Shown piece by piece: positions 15,861 through 25,108 of a stretch of DNA of 32,000 bases. The stretch is from an uncultured bacterium (GTDB lineage Bacteria; Auribacterota; JACPWU01). The notes under the pieces are model-generated. The model was given only the letters and a program-made list of their open reading frames with translations. It was not told the DNA's origin and made no database searches. Numbering within the stretch: the first letter of the stretch is position 1; each line of letters starts with the position of its first letter. The DNA is taken from contig CAZXEQ010000001.1 in the NCBI GenBank assembly GCA_964640155.1, forward strand, positions 79,156 to 111,155, in the 5' to 3' direction. The translations under genes and the position numbers were made by a program.

Positions 15861-16676
15861 TTAAAATAAAACAATAGATAAGAAAAAATCTGAAACTAAG
15901 ATTGAAACACAAGAAAAGACCACAGCCTCCGTTGTTGCCAACCCAACTCCTTCAGCACCATTTTCAGCGTTGTAACCTTTATAACAGCTGATAATTGAGA
16001 TAAGAATCCCAAAAACTGTTGCTTTGACAAGACCATTTAATAGATCTGAAACTTTTGTGTAATCCAGCATGTTTTGTATAAAAAAAGTCTGATTTACATG
16101 AAGCATTTTGACTCCCACCACATACCCTCCTAAAATACCGATGAGAACAGAAAATGCCGTCAAAAGAGGAACAACTATGAAACAAGCCAAAAATCTTGGG
16201 ACAATTAAATATCGTATAGGATCCGTAGCCATCGCTCTAAGTGCATCGATTTGTTCTGTCACGCGCATGGTTCCAAGTTCAGCAGCCATTGCTGCACCCA
16301 CACGACCTGCCACCATCACCGCTGTTAAAACAGGGCCCAATTCACGCGTCATCGAAAGTCCCACCAAAATCCCAATCGCGGTATCCATGGTGATTTGATG
16401 AAATTGATAATAGGACTGTACCGCAAGCACCATCCCAGTAAAAGCTCCCGTCAAAAGAACAATGGGCAAAGATAAAACTCCACATTGATAGCACTGCTTG
16501 ATAAAAAGATCTTTTTTGGTGGGGAATTGAGAGAAAACACCTCGAATTGCTTGAAAAAATAGAATGGTGATACCACCTAGCTGATCCATGGCATCAATAA
16601 CGGATTGTCCTAAATCCTCAATAATATTTACAATCCAGAAACGGCTGGTGCGGAAAAAACTTCGCCTTTTACGCAC
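15861..16676 (-). CDS. mlaE: ABC transporter permease, MlaE-like
   Basis: Conserved MlaE segment RELGPVLTAVMVAGRVGAAMAAELGTMRVTEQIDALRAMATDP. GTG start with GGGGAG RBS. Confidence 0.85.
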   Translation of the reverse strand: MRKRRSFFRTSRFWIVNIIEDLGQSVIDAMDQLGGITILFFQAIRGVFSQFPTKKDLFIKQCYQCGVLSLPIVLLTGAFTGMVLAVQSYYQFHQITMDTAIGILVGLSMTRELGPVLTAVMVAGRVGAAMAAELGTMRVTEQIDALRAMATDPIRYLIVPRFLACFIVVPLLTAFSVLIGILGGYVVGVKMLHVNQTFFIQNMLDYTKVSDLLNGLVKATVFGILISIISCYKGYNAENGAEGVGLATTEAVVFSCVSILVSDFFLSIVLF

Positions 16677-16700
16677 AAAAAACTCCCCATTATTGATTAA

Positions 16701-19130
16701 TCAAAATTTAAATTTTTTCCTGACACCAAACATTTGTTCACTTTCATCCATTCTAAAAAGGAAATCCTGATTAGGCTGAAGTTCATATTCTAATTGAAAC
16801 TGCGCACCTGGAGAATGCTCATCCATAGAATCTTCATCTAAACTTCCACTGGCTTTCACACCCACGGCCATACGTTTATCAATTTTTTTCATCAATGTTA
16901 ATTCCTGTAAATCTTCATCCTGACGAAGCTCAAAACCTTTTAGGCCCATATGATGAGGATCCATATTAAATCTTACATGTTTAAATGGTTTTCTCCCTTT
17001 TAAATCAATCGAACCGGAAACAAGCCACTGACCAGGATCAGTGATCACCACAGAATTTTTAAGATCAACCGTTTTTCCAAACCCTGAAAGACTAAAAGAA
17101 GCCTCTTTAAATTTAAGATCGAAGAACTGTCCATGGGCAAAATCTACTTTTCCTTCCCAATGAGGATAATCCATAGCCCCTTTCAAAGAAATTTTACCAT
17201 TCATGACACCTTGGAGATAGGGAGCCTTGTGCCGGGGGAAAAAGACACCTAGTCGAGATAAATCTGCATTTAAAATAGTCCAAGTCAAATCCAAGGTGTT
17301 ATCTCTAAAACGATAATATCCTTCCAAAAAATATTCTTGTCCCAATCTCATATCTTTAAAATAAAACTCTTGTTGAGTTGAATCAAAAGAAAAGTCTCCT
17401 TGTCCATCCGGGAAAGAAACTTCATTGATTTTTAATTCAGTTAAAGCTAAGTGGCCTTCTAAAGAAAACTTATTTTCAAAAATTTGGAAGATCCCAATCA
17501 AATCTAAATGAGCATCTAGCACAAATGCCCCTAGTTTAAAATGTCGCAGATGAAACACCATATTCCATTTTCCATGAATTTGATGATCCCCTTCCTCTTT
17601 AAATGCAATTGTGCTTTGAAACAAAATACTTTTCTTCCACCGAAGTGATCCTGTGATTATCTTTTCAATACCATCTTTCCACCAAAACAAACCCTGAACT
17701 TTAGGCCTATATGCCCAAATTTTTAGAATGGATAAATTCTGCGTCAACGCAGTTCTAAAATTGATTTTATTATTTTTAAAATTCAACACTCCTCCGCTTT
17801 GAAGTAAAGACCTTCTTAAACTACCAAAAAACTCACTACTCCAATTAGAAACAAACTCAGCTTGTTTTACTCCACTAGAATTTTCAGATAAAATGGAAGA
17901 GCTTTTTAAGTTAAAAATAAGTTTTGGAAGTAATTGTAAAAAACCGTTTAAGCGGATTCGATCCATGAGAATCATTTCTTGTAAAAAAATCCCTTCTTTC
18001 ACAACAAGAGCATCTCCCTTTAAATTTAAAGGAAAAGACTGCTGATGAAGAAATAAATCTCCTTCTAAACCTTTCAAGGAAAGACCACCTCGATCCCATG
18101 AAATCTTTTTCGTTTTTAACACCCATTTCAATGAACTTAAAATGGAAGGGACTCGATCTGGAAAGCCTCTGAAAGTCCCCTTAAGAATAGGATTTTCGAG
18201 AGGTCCTTTAAGGTATGTATGGAAAACTCCGTCCTCGGCCTGGCACATCGCTTGAGCATTAATAAATCTGTCATTTTCTTTCTTTTTCAAAGAAGCACTT
18301 GCAATAACAATCGCTCCTTCTTCAATCCATTGCAAATGAGTCAGACGCCATTGCCCCTTACGAAATAAAATATTTAAATTGATGGAAGCTTCTTTTTGAG
18401 ATGGATAGATAACTTTGACATTCTCTAAATTGAAATGGGCTTCCTGAAGAACTTTATTTTTGAAAACGATTTTTCCCTCAACAGAACCGTCCAGAAATTT
18501 AAAACCAGAAATAACCCGATTGAGTTGTAACAAAGAAAAGTCTGTAATCACAAAACGTAATTCATCATCCTGTCGAGTCACGAAAATTTGATTGTGATGA
18601 CCTTTCATAGGAGTGCGCGCCATAATGCGCCAGCTCGTTCCTTTACCTTCAGGCAAGACTTCGAAAGACATTTGTTTAATGTACAACATGGCATTTCTCA
18701 AATCACTCGACAAAACTTTATTCCACAATAACCTTAAGGGATCATCAGAACCTCTAGAAAGATGGGGAGTGAATTTTAAAAGCTCAGAAAGATGTTTTAA
18801 ATGTACAAAAGTTGATTTTAAAAAAATAGGTTCGTAAAAATCTCTCTTAAAGAAATCCCCCAAACGATATTCTGTAGAAATCTCCTGAACCTTAAGAAAA
18901 TTAAAAAGAGAAGAGTGATTGGCTTTTAGTTCAACTTGTTTTAACTGTAAGCCTTCAATGAGCCCTCCCTCTAATTGATTAACATCAACATTCAAAGGAA
19001 GAATCTCAGATAATTTATACGAGAGAATGGTGCGTCCTAGACTTGTCCAAAGAGGAGCAAAAAAATGACTTTGAGTCGTCATTCCAATCGCAAAAGGGAT
19101 AAAAATATAGAAAAAATATCTCTTCTTCAC
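16701..19130 (-). CDS. large envelope protein (809 aa), putative AsmA/TamB-like
   Basis: A single N-terminal TM is followed by long beta-rich, repetitive amphipathic sequence of the kind seen in AsmA/TamB-family proteins. The C-terminus ends ...FGVRKKFKF (terminal aromatic). It is first in the apparent operon with mlaEFD. The functional call is tentative. GTG start with GGGGG RBS. Confidence 0.5.
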   Translation of the reverse strand: MKKRYFFYIFIPFAIGMTTQSHFFAPLWTSLGRTILSYKLSEILPLNVDVNQLEGGLIEGLQLKQVELKANHSSLFNFLKVQEISTEYRLGDFFKRDFYEPIFLKSTFVHLKHLSELLKFTPHLSRGSDDPLRLLWNKVLSSDLRNAMLYIKQMSFEVLPEGKGTSWRIMARTPMKGHHNQIFVTRQDDELRFVITDFSLLQLNRVISGFKFLDGSVEGKIVFKNKVLQEAHFNLENVKVIYPSQKEASINLNILFRKGQWRLTHLQWIEEGAIVIASASLKKKENDRFINAQAMCQAEDGVFHTYLKGPLENPILKGTFRGFPDRVPSILSSLKWVLKTKKISWDRGGLSLKGLEGDLFLHQQSFPLNLKGDALVVKEGIFLQEMILMDRIRLNGFLQLLPKLIFNLKSSSILSENSSGVKQAEFVSNWSSEFFGSLRRSLLQSGGVLNFKNNKINFRTALTQNLSILKIWAYRPKVQGLFWWKDGIEKIITGSLRWKKSILFQSTIAFKEEGDHQIHGKWNMVFHLRHFKLGAFVLDAHLDLIGIFQIFENKFSLEGHLALTELKINEVSFPDGQGDFSFDSTQQEFYFKDMRLGQEYFLEGYYRFRDNTLDLTWTILNADLSRLGVFFPRHKAPYLQGVMNGKISLKGAMDYPHWEGKVDFAHGQFFDLKFKEASFSLSGFGKTVDLKNSVVITDPGQWLVSGSIDLKGRKPFKHVRFNMDPHHMGLKGFELRQDEDLQELTLMKKIDKRMAVGVKASGSLDEDSMDEHSPGAQFQLEYELQPNQDFLFRMDESEQMFGVRKKFKF

Positions 19131-19160
19131 TGTTTCCCCCTTAGATTCTTCACAATGTAT

Positions 19161-19169
19161 AGTATAGCA
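19161..19169 (-). promoter_or_regulatory. candidate extended -10 (TGcTATACT) upstream of the AsmA/TamB-like gene
   Basis: The minus strand reads TGCTATACT, identical to the element at 11070-11078 (+). The -35 is weak. Confidence 0.3.
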
Positions 19170-19241
19170 AAAATGATGGGTATTTTGTGAGATGAATGAG
19201 AGATATTAAACAGAGAACAAAAAAATAAAAAACTAATAAAA

Positions 19242-21671
19242 TCAAACCCAAGAAAACGTGAGATGGTCGCCTTCAAGAGCTACATTTAATTTTTGTCCTA
19301 CCGTCATCTTCTTCTTAAGGAGCTCTTCAGAAACGGGATCCTCGATAAATTTTTGAATCGCCCGTCTTAAAGGTCTTGCGCCATAGACGGGATCATAACC
19401 TTTATTGATGAGAAAGTCTTTTGCTTGATCCGTTAAATCAATATCATAACCTTTGAGAATCAAACGATCTCGCACTTTTTGTAATTCAAGATCTATAATT
19501 TTTGCAAGATCCTCTTTCACCAGTGAATGAAAAACAATGACTTCATCAATACGATTCAAGAATTCTGGTTTCAAAGTCTTTTTCAACTCTCCCATTAATT
19601 TATCTTGAATATCATCATAAGTAGAAGCAGATGATTCTTCATGAAACCCAACCGAAGTACGTTTCTTAATCAGTTCAGCACCAATGTTAGATGTCATAAT
19701 CAAAATGGTATTTCTAAAATCAACCACACGACCAAAACTATCTGTTAATTTGCCTTCTTCTAAAATTTGCAAAAGCACATTAATCACATCGGGATGAGCT
19801 TTTTCCATTTCATCAAAAAGAACAACAGAGTAAGGTTTTCGGCGAACCTGTTCAGTGAGTTGACCTCCCTCTTCATAGCCCACATAGCCCGGAGGAGAAC
19901 CTGTTAAACGAGAAACAGCAAATTTCTCCATATATTCAGACATATCAATTTGAATCATAGATTCTGAATCATCAAAAATATATTCAGCCAAAGCTTTCGC
20001 CAAAAGCGTTTTTCCAACACCCGTAGGACCTAGGAAAATAAAAGAACCAATAGGCCGTTTGGGATCTTTCAAATCTGCTCGAGATCTACGAACTGCCCTA
20101 CAAACAGCTCTAACAGCTTCATTTTGACCCACCATCAGCTTGTGAATCCCCTCTTCCATATTAAGTAGTTTCTCAGTTTCTACTTGCTCAATACGAGCCG
20201 TGGGAATCCCTGTCCATTTGGAAACAATTTGAGCAATATCTTCTTCTGTCACCATTACTTTATGTTCGCTTTTTTGTGTTTTCCAATCCGTCAAAGCTTC
20301 TTCTAATTTAAAACGCATCATACGTTCTTCATCGCGAAAGCGAGCAGCTTTTTCAAAATCTTGTTCTCGAACAGAAGCTTCTTTTTTATTCTTAACTTTC
20401 TTCATTTCTTCTTTAATGCCTTTAATAGAGCCAGGCTCTGTGACAGCATGTATTCTTGCTTTTGCAGCTGCTTCATCAATTAAATCAATGGCTTTATCGG
20501 GCAAAAAACGACCTGTGACATAACGATCTGAAAGGCGAACAGACGCTTCAAGCGCAGCATCTGTAATCACGGCCTTATGATAAGACTCATATTTATGTCT
20601 TAGGCCTTTTAAAATTTCGATGGTTTCAGTCAAAGAAGGAGGATCTACCATCACAGTTTGAAAGCGTCGTTCTAAAGCAGAATCTTTTTCAATGTATTTA
20701 CGATATTCATTCAAAGTCGTTGCGCCCACGCATTGAAGCTCTCCTCTGGCAAGAGCAGGTTTTAAAATATTGGAGGCATCAATCGCTCCTTCTGCAGCAC
20801 CTGCTCCTACAATCGTATGAAGTTCATCAATAAAAAGAATAATATTCTGGGAATTCTTAATTTCCTTCATCACAGCCTTAATGCGTTCTTCGAATTGCCC
20901 ACGATACTTGGTTCCTGCAACCATCAAAGCAAGATCCAATGTAATGAGACGTTTATCTAAAAGATTTTCTGGGACATCTCCAGAAATAATTTTCTGTGCC
21001 AGCCCTTCTACAATGGCTGTTTTGCCCACACCTGCTTCACCTAAAAGAACAGGATTATTCTTTCTGCGGCGGCAAAGAATTTGAATCACACGCTCAATTT
21101 CACCTGCACGACCAATCACCGGATCCAATTTATCTTCTTTAGCTAATTCTGTTAAATCGCGTCCAAATGCAGTGAGCGCAGGACTACGAGAACCTTCTTC
21201 AACATTTTCTGGAATTTCTCCCTTACCCGAAAATTCTGTTCCTAATTCCTTGAGCACTTCGGCTCGAGCAGCTTCAATATCAACATTCAAACTTTGTAAA
21301 ATTTTTGCCGCAACCCCTTCCCCTTCGCGAAGAAGACCCAAAAGCAAATGCTCTGTGCCGATATAGGTATGACTTAATTTTTTAGCTTCATCTAAAGCTA
21401 ATTCAATCACTCGTTTTGCACGAGCAGTTAAAGGAATATCTCCAATCATTTTAGTTTCCGGTCCGGTGCCCACAGCTCTTTCTACTTCCATACGAACTGT
21501 TTCAAAATCTAATCCCATTTTTCTCAAGACATTAACAGCTACACCTTCACCAAGCTTGATTAAACCCAGCAAAATATGTTCTGTGCCGATATAGTTATGA
21601 TTAAACCGATCGGCTTCTTTGCGCGCTAGAATAATGACTTGTCGTGCACGATCCGTAAATTTTTCGAACAT
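19242..21671 (-). CDS. clpC: ATP-dependent Clp protease ATP-binding subunit ClpC
   Basis: Double Clp_N repeat, two AAA+ modules ([16 protein letters not shown]), and a UVR-like linker ([14 protein letters not shown]). RBS GAGGAG. Confidence 0.95.
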   Translation of the reverse strand: MFEKFTDRARQVIILARKEADRFNHNYIGTEHILLGLIKLGEGVAVNVLRKMGLDFETVRMEVERAVGTGPETKMIGDIPLTARAKRVIELALDEAKKLSHTYIGTEHLLLGLLREGEGVAAKILQSLNVDIEAARAEVLKELGTEFSGKGEIPENVEEGSRSPALTAFGRDLTELAKEDKLDPVIGRAGEIERVIQILCRRRKNNPVLLGEAGVGKTAIVEGLAQKIISGDVPENLLDKRLITLDLALMVAGTKYRGQFEERIKAVMKEIKNSQNIILFIDELHTIVGAGAAEGAIDASNILKPALARGELQCVGATTLNEYRKYIEKDSALERRFQTVMVDPPSLTETIEILKGLRHKYESYHKAVITDAALEASVRLSDRYVTGRFLPDKAIDLIDEAAAKARIHAVTEPGSIKGIKEEMKKVKNKKEASVREQDFEKAARFRDEERMMRFKLEEALTDWKTQKSEHKVMVTEEDIAQIVSKWTGIPTARIEQVETEKLLNMEEGIHKLMVGQNEAVRAVCRAVRRSRADLKDPKRPIGSFIFLGPTGVGKTLLAKALAEYIFDDSESMIQIDMSEYMEKFAVSRLTGSPPGYVGYEEGGQLTEQVRRKPYSVVLFDEMEKAHPDVINVLLQILEEGKLTDSFGRVVDFRNTILIMTSNIGAELIKKRTSVGFHEESSASTYDDIQDKLMGELKKTLKPEFLNRIDEVIVFHSLVKEDLAKIIDLELQKVRDRLILKGYDIDLTDQAKDFLINKGYDPVYGARPLRRAIQKFIEDPVSEELLKKKMTVGQKLNVALEGDHLTFSWV

Positions 21672-21712
21672 AATTTTTCTCCTCAGACTTCACTAAATCA
21701 TTTACTAACATT

Positions 21713-21740
21713 ATGATAGCACATCAGTTAGGAAATGCAA
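21713..21740 (-). promoter_or_regulatory. candidate clpC promoter
   Basis: On the minus strand, TTGCAT (21740-21735), a 16-nt spacer ending in TGc, then TATCAT (21718-21713). Confidence 0.4.
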
Positions 21741-21779
21741 CACGGCCTAAAAACTATTCACTAGCCCCTAACCCCTGTT

Positions 21780-22844
21780 TTACTCCAAATGCTCATCTCT
21801 TAAAATTTTGCGTATGAGCGTGGCTCTCTTTTCATCTCTTTCTTTTTGATTAAGTTTTTTGCTGAGAATTTTTTGAATATGCGCAGGCTGTGTCAGCAAA
21901 AAAAGCTCATTTACTACTTTAATATCAATTCCCTTCACCACCTCAAGTTCAATCCCTGTTCGCAAAGCACTTAAAAGATTCATTGTCTCAGCAGAACTAA
22001 TATGATGTGAGTATTTTAAAATCCCAAAAGCACGACCAATACGGTCTTGGAGCAAAGGAAGCTCCTTTTTTAAAAGGGCTTTTCTGGCATTTTTCTCATG
22101 CTCAATCACTTGCTGAATAATTTTTTCCAGCTTTTCTACGATTTCTACTTCCGCTTTTCCCAAAGTCAACTGATTGGAAATCTGGAAAAGATTTCCAGAA
22201 GCTTCAGACCCCTCACCATACCATCCTCTCACGGTAAGACCTAATTTAGTGACGGCTTGAAGAACTTGATCAATTTGACGGATCATGACTAATCCAGGCA
22301 AATGAATCATCACAGAAGCACGCAAACCTGTTCCTATATTAGTGGGGCAAGCTGTCAAATAACCATATTGAGCAGAATACGCATACTCTAAATCCTTTTC
22401 CAAAACATCATCAATCTTGTTGACGCGGCTTAATGCATTCATCAATTGAAAACCTGAAAAGAGAACTTGAATTCTTAAATGATCTTCTTCGTTGACCATG
22501 ATACTTACTTGTTCATCTTTGCTGATAGCAACACCTCGACTAACCTTTGCCTCAGCGTGCTCTTTGCTGATCAAATGACGTTCATGAAGAATCAACCGCT
22601 CAACATCCGATAAAAGATCAAAACGAATAAAAAGATAATCTTGAGTCGCTGAATACTTGCGTAACGCTTTTTCTACACGACTGACGACTTCTTTAAGCTC
22701 TTCTTCTTCGGCCCAGTGAGAAAAACAAAATCCAACAATATTTCTGGCAAGACGAACTCTTGTAGAAATGACAATCTCAGACTGAGGGCCCCGGCCTTCA
22801 AGCCAACTTGCTGTCTTACTCATCATTGTGTCAATATCGATCAT
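21780..22844 (-). CDS. mcsB: protein arginine kinase McsB
   Basis: ATP:guanido phosphotransferase-type catalytic domain (...TACPTNIGTGLRASVMIHLPGL...). It has a 4-nt ATGA overlap with mcsA and lies upstream of clpC. Confidence 0.9.
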   Translation of the reverse strand: MIDIDTMMSKTASWLEGRGPQSEIVISTRVRLARNIVGFCFSHWAEEEELKEVVSRVEKALRKYSATQDYLFIRFDLLSDVERLILHERHLISKEHAEAKVSRGVAISKDEQVSIMVNEEDHLRIQVLFSGFQLMNALSRVNKIDDVLEKDLEYAYSAQYGYLTACPTNIGTGLRASVMIHLPGLVMIRQIDQVLQAVTKLGLTVRGWYGEGSEASGNLFQISNQLTLGKAEVEIVEKLEKIIQQVIEHEKNARKALLKKELPLLQDRIGRAFGILKYSHHISSAETMNLLSALRTGIELEVVKGIDIKVVNELFLLTQPAHIQKILSKKLNQKERDEKRATLIRKILRDEHLE

Positions 22845-23341
22845 TTCTTATATCTCTTCGCTTCTTTCATTGCACTAATTTGATCCCGCAACCGGGCTGC
22901 TTCCTCAAAAGCTTCAGAGTGAATCGCTTTTTCCAATTCAATCTCTAAATCTTTAACATTTTTTTGGGCTGATTCTCGCTTTAACCATTTCTTTGGGATT
23001 TTTCCTACATGCTTTGATGTTTTATGAATCGTTTCAAAAAGATGCGTCAGCATCGCCCCAAAAGTTGTAAAACATTCTGCACAACCAAATCGTCCCACTT
23101 CTTTGAACTCACGATATTGCATCCCACATTCAGCACATTCTAAATCATCCGAAATTTTTTGTCCGCCTTCTAAATCCGCTAAACCAGCCAAAAGATCTGC
23201 TACAGAAAATTTAGAATAAACATCAATTCCCTTTTCTTTCGCACAACCTTCACAAAGGTTTATTTTTATCATTTGATTCTTAATAACCTCGGTGTAATGA
23301 ACAGTTGCCTTCTTTTTATGGCATACTTCGCAGAGAACCAT
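22841..23341 (-). CDS. mcsA: McsA-like activator of protein arginine kinase (zinc-finger plus UVR domain)
   Basis: Four CxxC pairs (CEVC, CEGC, CAEC, CAEC) and a C-terminal UVR motif (EAFEEAARLRDQI). Confidence 0.85.
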   Translation of the reverse strand: MVLCEVCHKKKATVHYTEVIKNQMIKINLCEGCAKEKGIDVYSKFSVADLLAGLADLEGGQKISDDLECAECGMQYREFKEVGRFGCAECFTTFGAMLTHLFETIHKTSKHVGKIPKKWLKRESAQKNVKDLEIELEKAIHSEAFEEAARLRDQISAMKEAKRYKK

Positions 23342-23418
23342 TTTTTCTCCAACTCGAAAATTCTATTGATGTGTTTAACAAAGAGGAAGCCCTTTATTAA
23401 TTTCAGTGTTTATACAAT

Positions 23419-24297
23419 TTACTTTTTTCGTAAAACAGGGGTTCCTTCTTTTTTAGTAAGTGCTTCATATTTTTTAGAAAGAGCCATCGTTTTCTCACCA
23501 GGTCGTCCTGTGCCAATCACACGACCATCCACTTTAACCACAGGGACTACACCTGCTGCCGTTCCAGTCAAAAAACATTCGTCCGCATTATAAAGATCAT
23601 GCAAAACAACTGTCGATTCCAAAACTTTAAAATCAACTTTCTTTGCAAGATCCATCACCGCGCGACGTGTAATTCCATTTAAGAGACCACTGTCCAAGGA
23701 AGGAGTTATAAGTTCATTTCCTTTAAAATAAAAAATATTATCACCCGTACACTCCGCCACAAATCCACGATCATTCAACATAATAGCTTCTTGGTATCCA
23801 GATTGAATCGCTTCAATTTTGGCAAGAATGTTGTTCAAATAATTGAGTGATTTAACCCAAGGAGGGAGCGCATCTGGATTAATCTTACGTGTGGTCGCAG
23901 TAATAATCTCCATCCCATCTCGATAGATATCGTCACTGTAAAGTGAAATCTTATCGACAATGATAATCACTTGAGGTTTCTGACATTTGTTAGGATCTAA
24001 ACCTAATGAACCCACACCCCTTGTAATCACAAGGCGAATATAAGCATCTTCATAAGGGTTTTGTCCCACAGTATCCACAACAGCTTGGGCCATTTCTTCT
24101 TTTGCCATGGGAACTGTTAATAAAATCGTCCGCGCAGATTCATAAAGCCGATCCAAATGTTCTTTTAATTTAAAAATTTTATTTCGATAGACACGAATCC
24201 CTTCAAACACGCCATCCCCATACAAAAGCCCATGATCAAAAACAGAAATGCTGGCCTGTTCTTTCGGAAATATTTTTCCGTTGATATACACTTTCAT
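23419..24297 (-). CDS. ilvE: branched-chain amino acid aminotransferase (class IV)
   Basis: DHGLLYGDGVFEGIRVY and a class IV fold-type pattern. I prefer the ATG at 24297 (RBS AAGGA 8 nt upstream) over the track's TTG at 24339. The TTG lies inside the predicted promoter/TSS region. Confidence 0.85.
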   Translation of the reverse strand: MKVYINGKIFPKEQASISVFDHGLLYGDGVFEGIRVYRNKIFKLKEHLDRLYESARTILLTVPMAKEEMAQAVVDTVGQNPYEDAYIRLVITRGVGSLGLDPNKCQKPQVIIIVDKISLYSDDIYRDGMEIITATTRKINPDALPPWVKSLNYLNNILAKIEAIQSGYQEAIMLNDRGFVAECTGDNIFYFKGNELITPSLDSGLLNGITRRAVMDLAKKVDFKVLESTVVLHDLYNADECFLTGTAAGVVPVVKVDGRVIGTGRPGEKTMALSKKYEALTKKEGTPVLRKK

Positions 24298-24341
24298 TTC
24301 TTTTGTCCTTTGTAGTTTAGGGTCTATTTTTACTTTCAAAA

Positions 24342-24350
24342 ATTATATCA
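24342..24350 (-). promoter_or_regulatory. candidate extended -10 (TGaTATAAT) for ilvE
   Basis: The minus strand reads TGATATAAT, ~45 nt upstream of the ATG at 24297. Confidence 0.4.
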
Positions 24351-24351
24351 C

Positions 24352-24383
24352 AATTCTCAAATCAGTTTATTGATTTGAGAATT
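24352..24383. repeat. perfect 13-bp inverted repeat AATTCTCAAATCA-N6-TGATTTGAGAATT
   Basis: Arms at 24352-24364 and 24371-24383 are exact reverse complements. The repeat overlaps the lolD stop codon and occupies the -35 region of the ilvE promoter candidate. Confidence 0.6.
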
Positions 24384-25083
24384 AACAAGAAGTCTGGATT
24401 CTTCCATCTTTAAGATAAAGCACCCTATGAGCCCTCTTAAGAAAATCAGGATTATGCGTCACCATCACAACAGCTAACTTTTTTAATTTTTGAATTTGAT
24501 CCAGTAAATTTAAAATAATTTCCCCTGCTGCGACATCTAAATTACCTGTAGGCTCGTCTGCGAGCAAGATTTTTGGATCGTTCATAAGCGCACGTGCAAT
24601 CGCAACACGTTGTTGTTCACCCCCAGACATCTCTTGAGGTCGATGAAACTTTCTATTCGTTAATCCCATAATCTCAAAAAGTTCATCTGCTTTTTGAGCT
24701 ACTTCTTTTTTAGAACGGATTTTAATATCCTGCGTCAAAAGTGCTGGCAAATAGACATTTTCATAAGCATTTAACTCTGGGAAAAGATGATAAAATTGAA
24801 AAATAAAACCTAACGATTGATTGCGCAAAGAAGAAATTAAACGATCTGAAGCTTGAGTTATATCCGAGCCCAACACATGAACAGAGCCTGAAGTTGCTCG
24901 GTCCAACCCTCCTAAAATCTGCAAGAAAGTACTTTTGCCACTTCCAGACGGACCCATCATCATCACAAACTCACCTGCCCATAATGAAAAATCAATCCCC
25001 TTCAGAACTTCAATGGAAGTCTGACCAAGCGTGTAAGTTTTCTTGAGATCTTTGACTTCAATAAGTTTTTCGTTAGAGGTCAT
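24382..25083 (-). CDS. lolD: ABC transporter ATP-binding protein, LolD-like
   Basis: Walker A GPSGSGKST, signature MSGGEQQR, Walker B LLADEPT. It lies directly downstream of the LolC/E-type permease. Confidence 0.75.
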   Translation of the reverse strand: MTSNEKLIEVKDLKKTYTLGQTSIEVLKGIDFSLWAGEFVMMMGPSGSGKSTFLQILGGLDRATSGSVHVLGSDITQASDRLISSLRNQSLGFIFQFYHLFPELNAYENVYLPALLTQDIKIRSKKEVAQKADELFEIMGLTNRKFHRPQEMSGGEQQRVAIARALMNDPKILLADEPTGNLDVAAGEIILNLLDQIQKLKKLAVVMVTHNPDFLKRAHRVLYLKDGRIQTSC

Positions 25084-25108
25084 ATTTCAAAATTTTATAG
25101 CTCTATTT

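Noticed and set aside
21672-23418. CtsR operator (GGTCAAA-NAN-GGTCAAA) upstream of mcsA or clpC
   Set aside because: I searched both intergenic regions by eye on both strands and found no such direct repeat.
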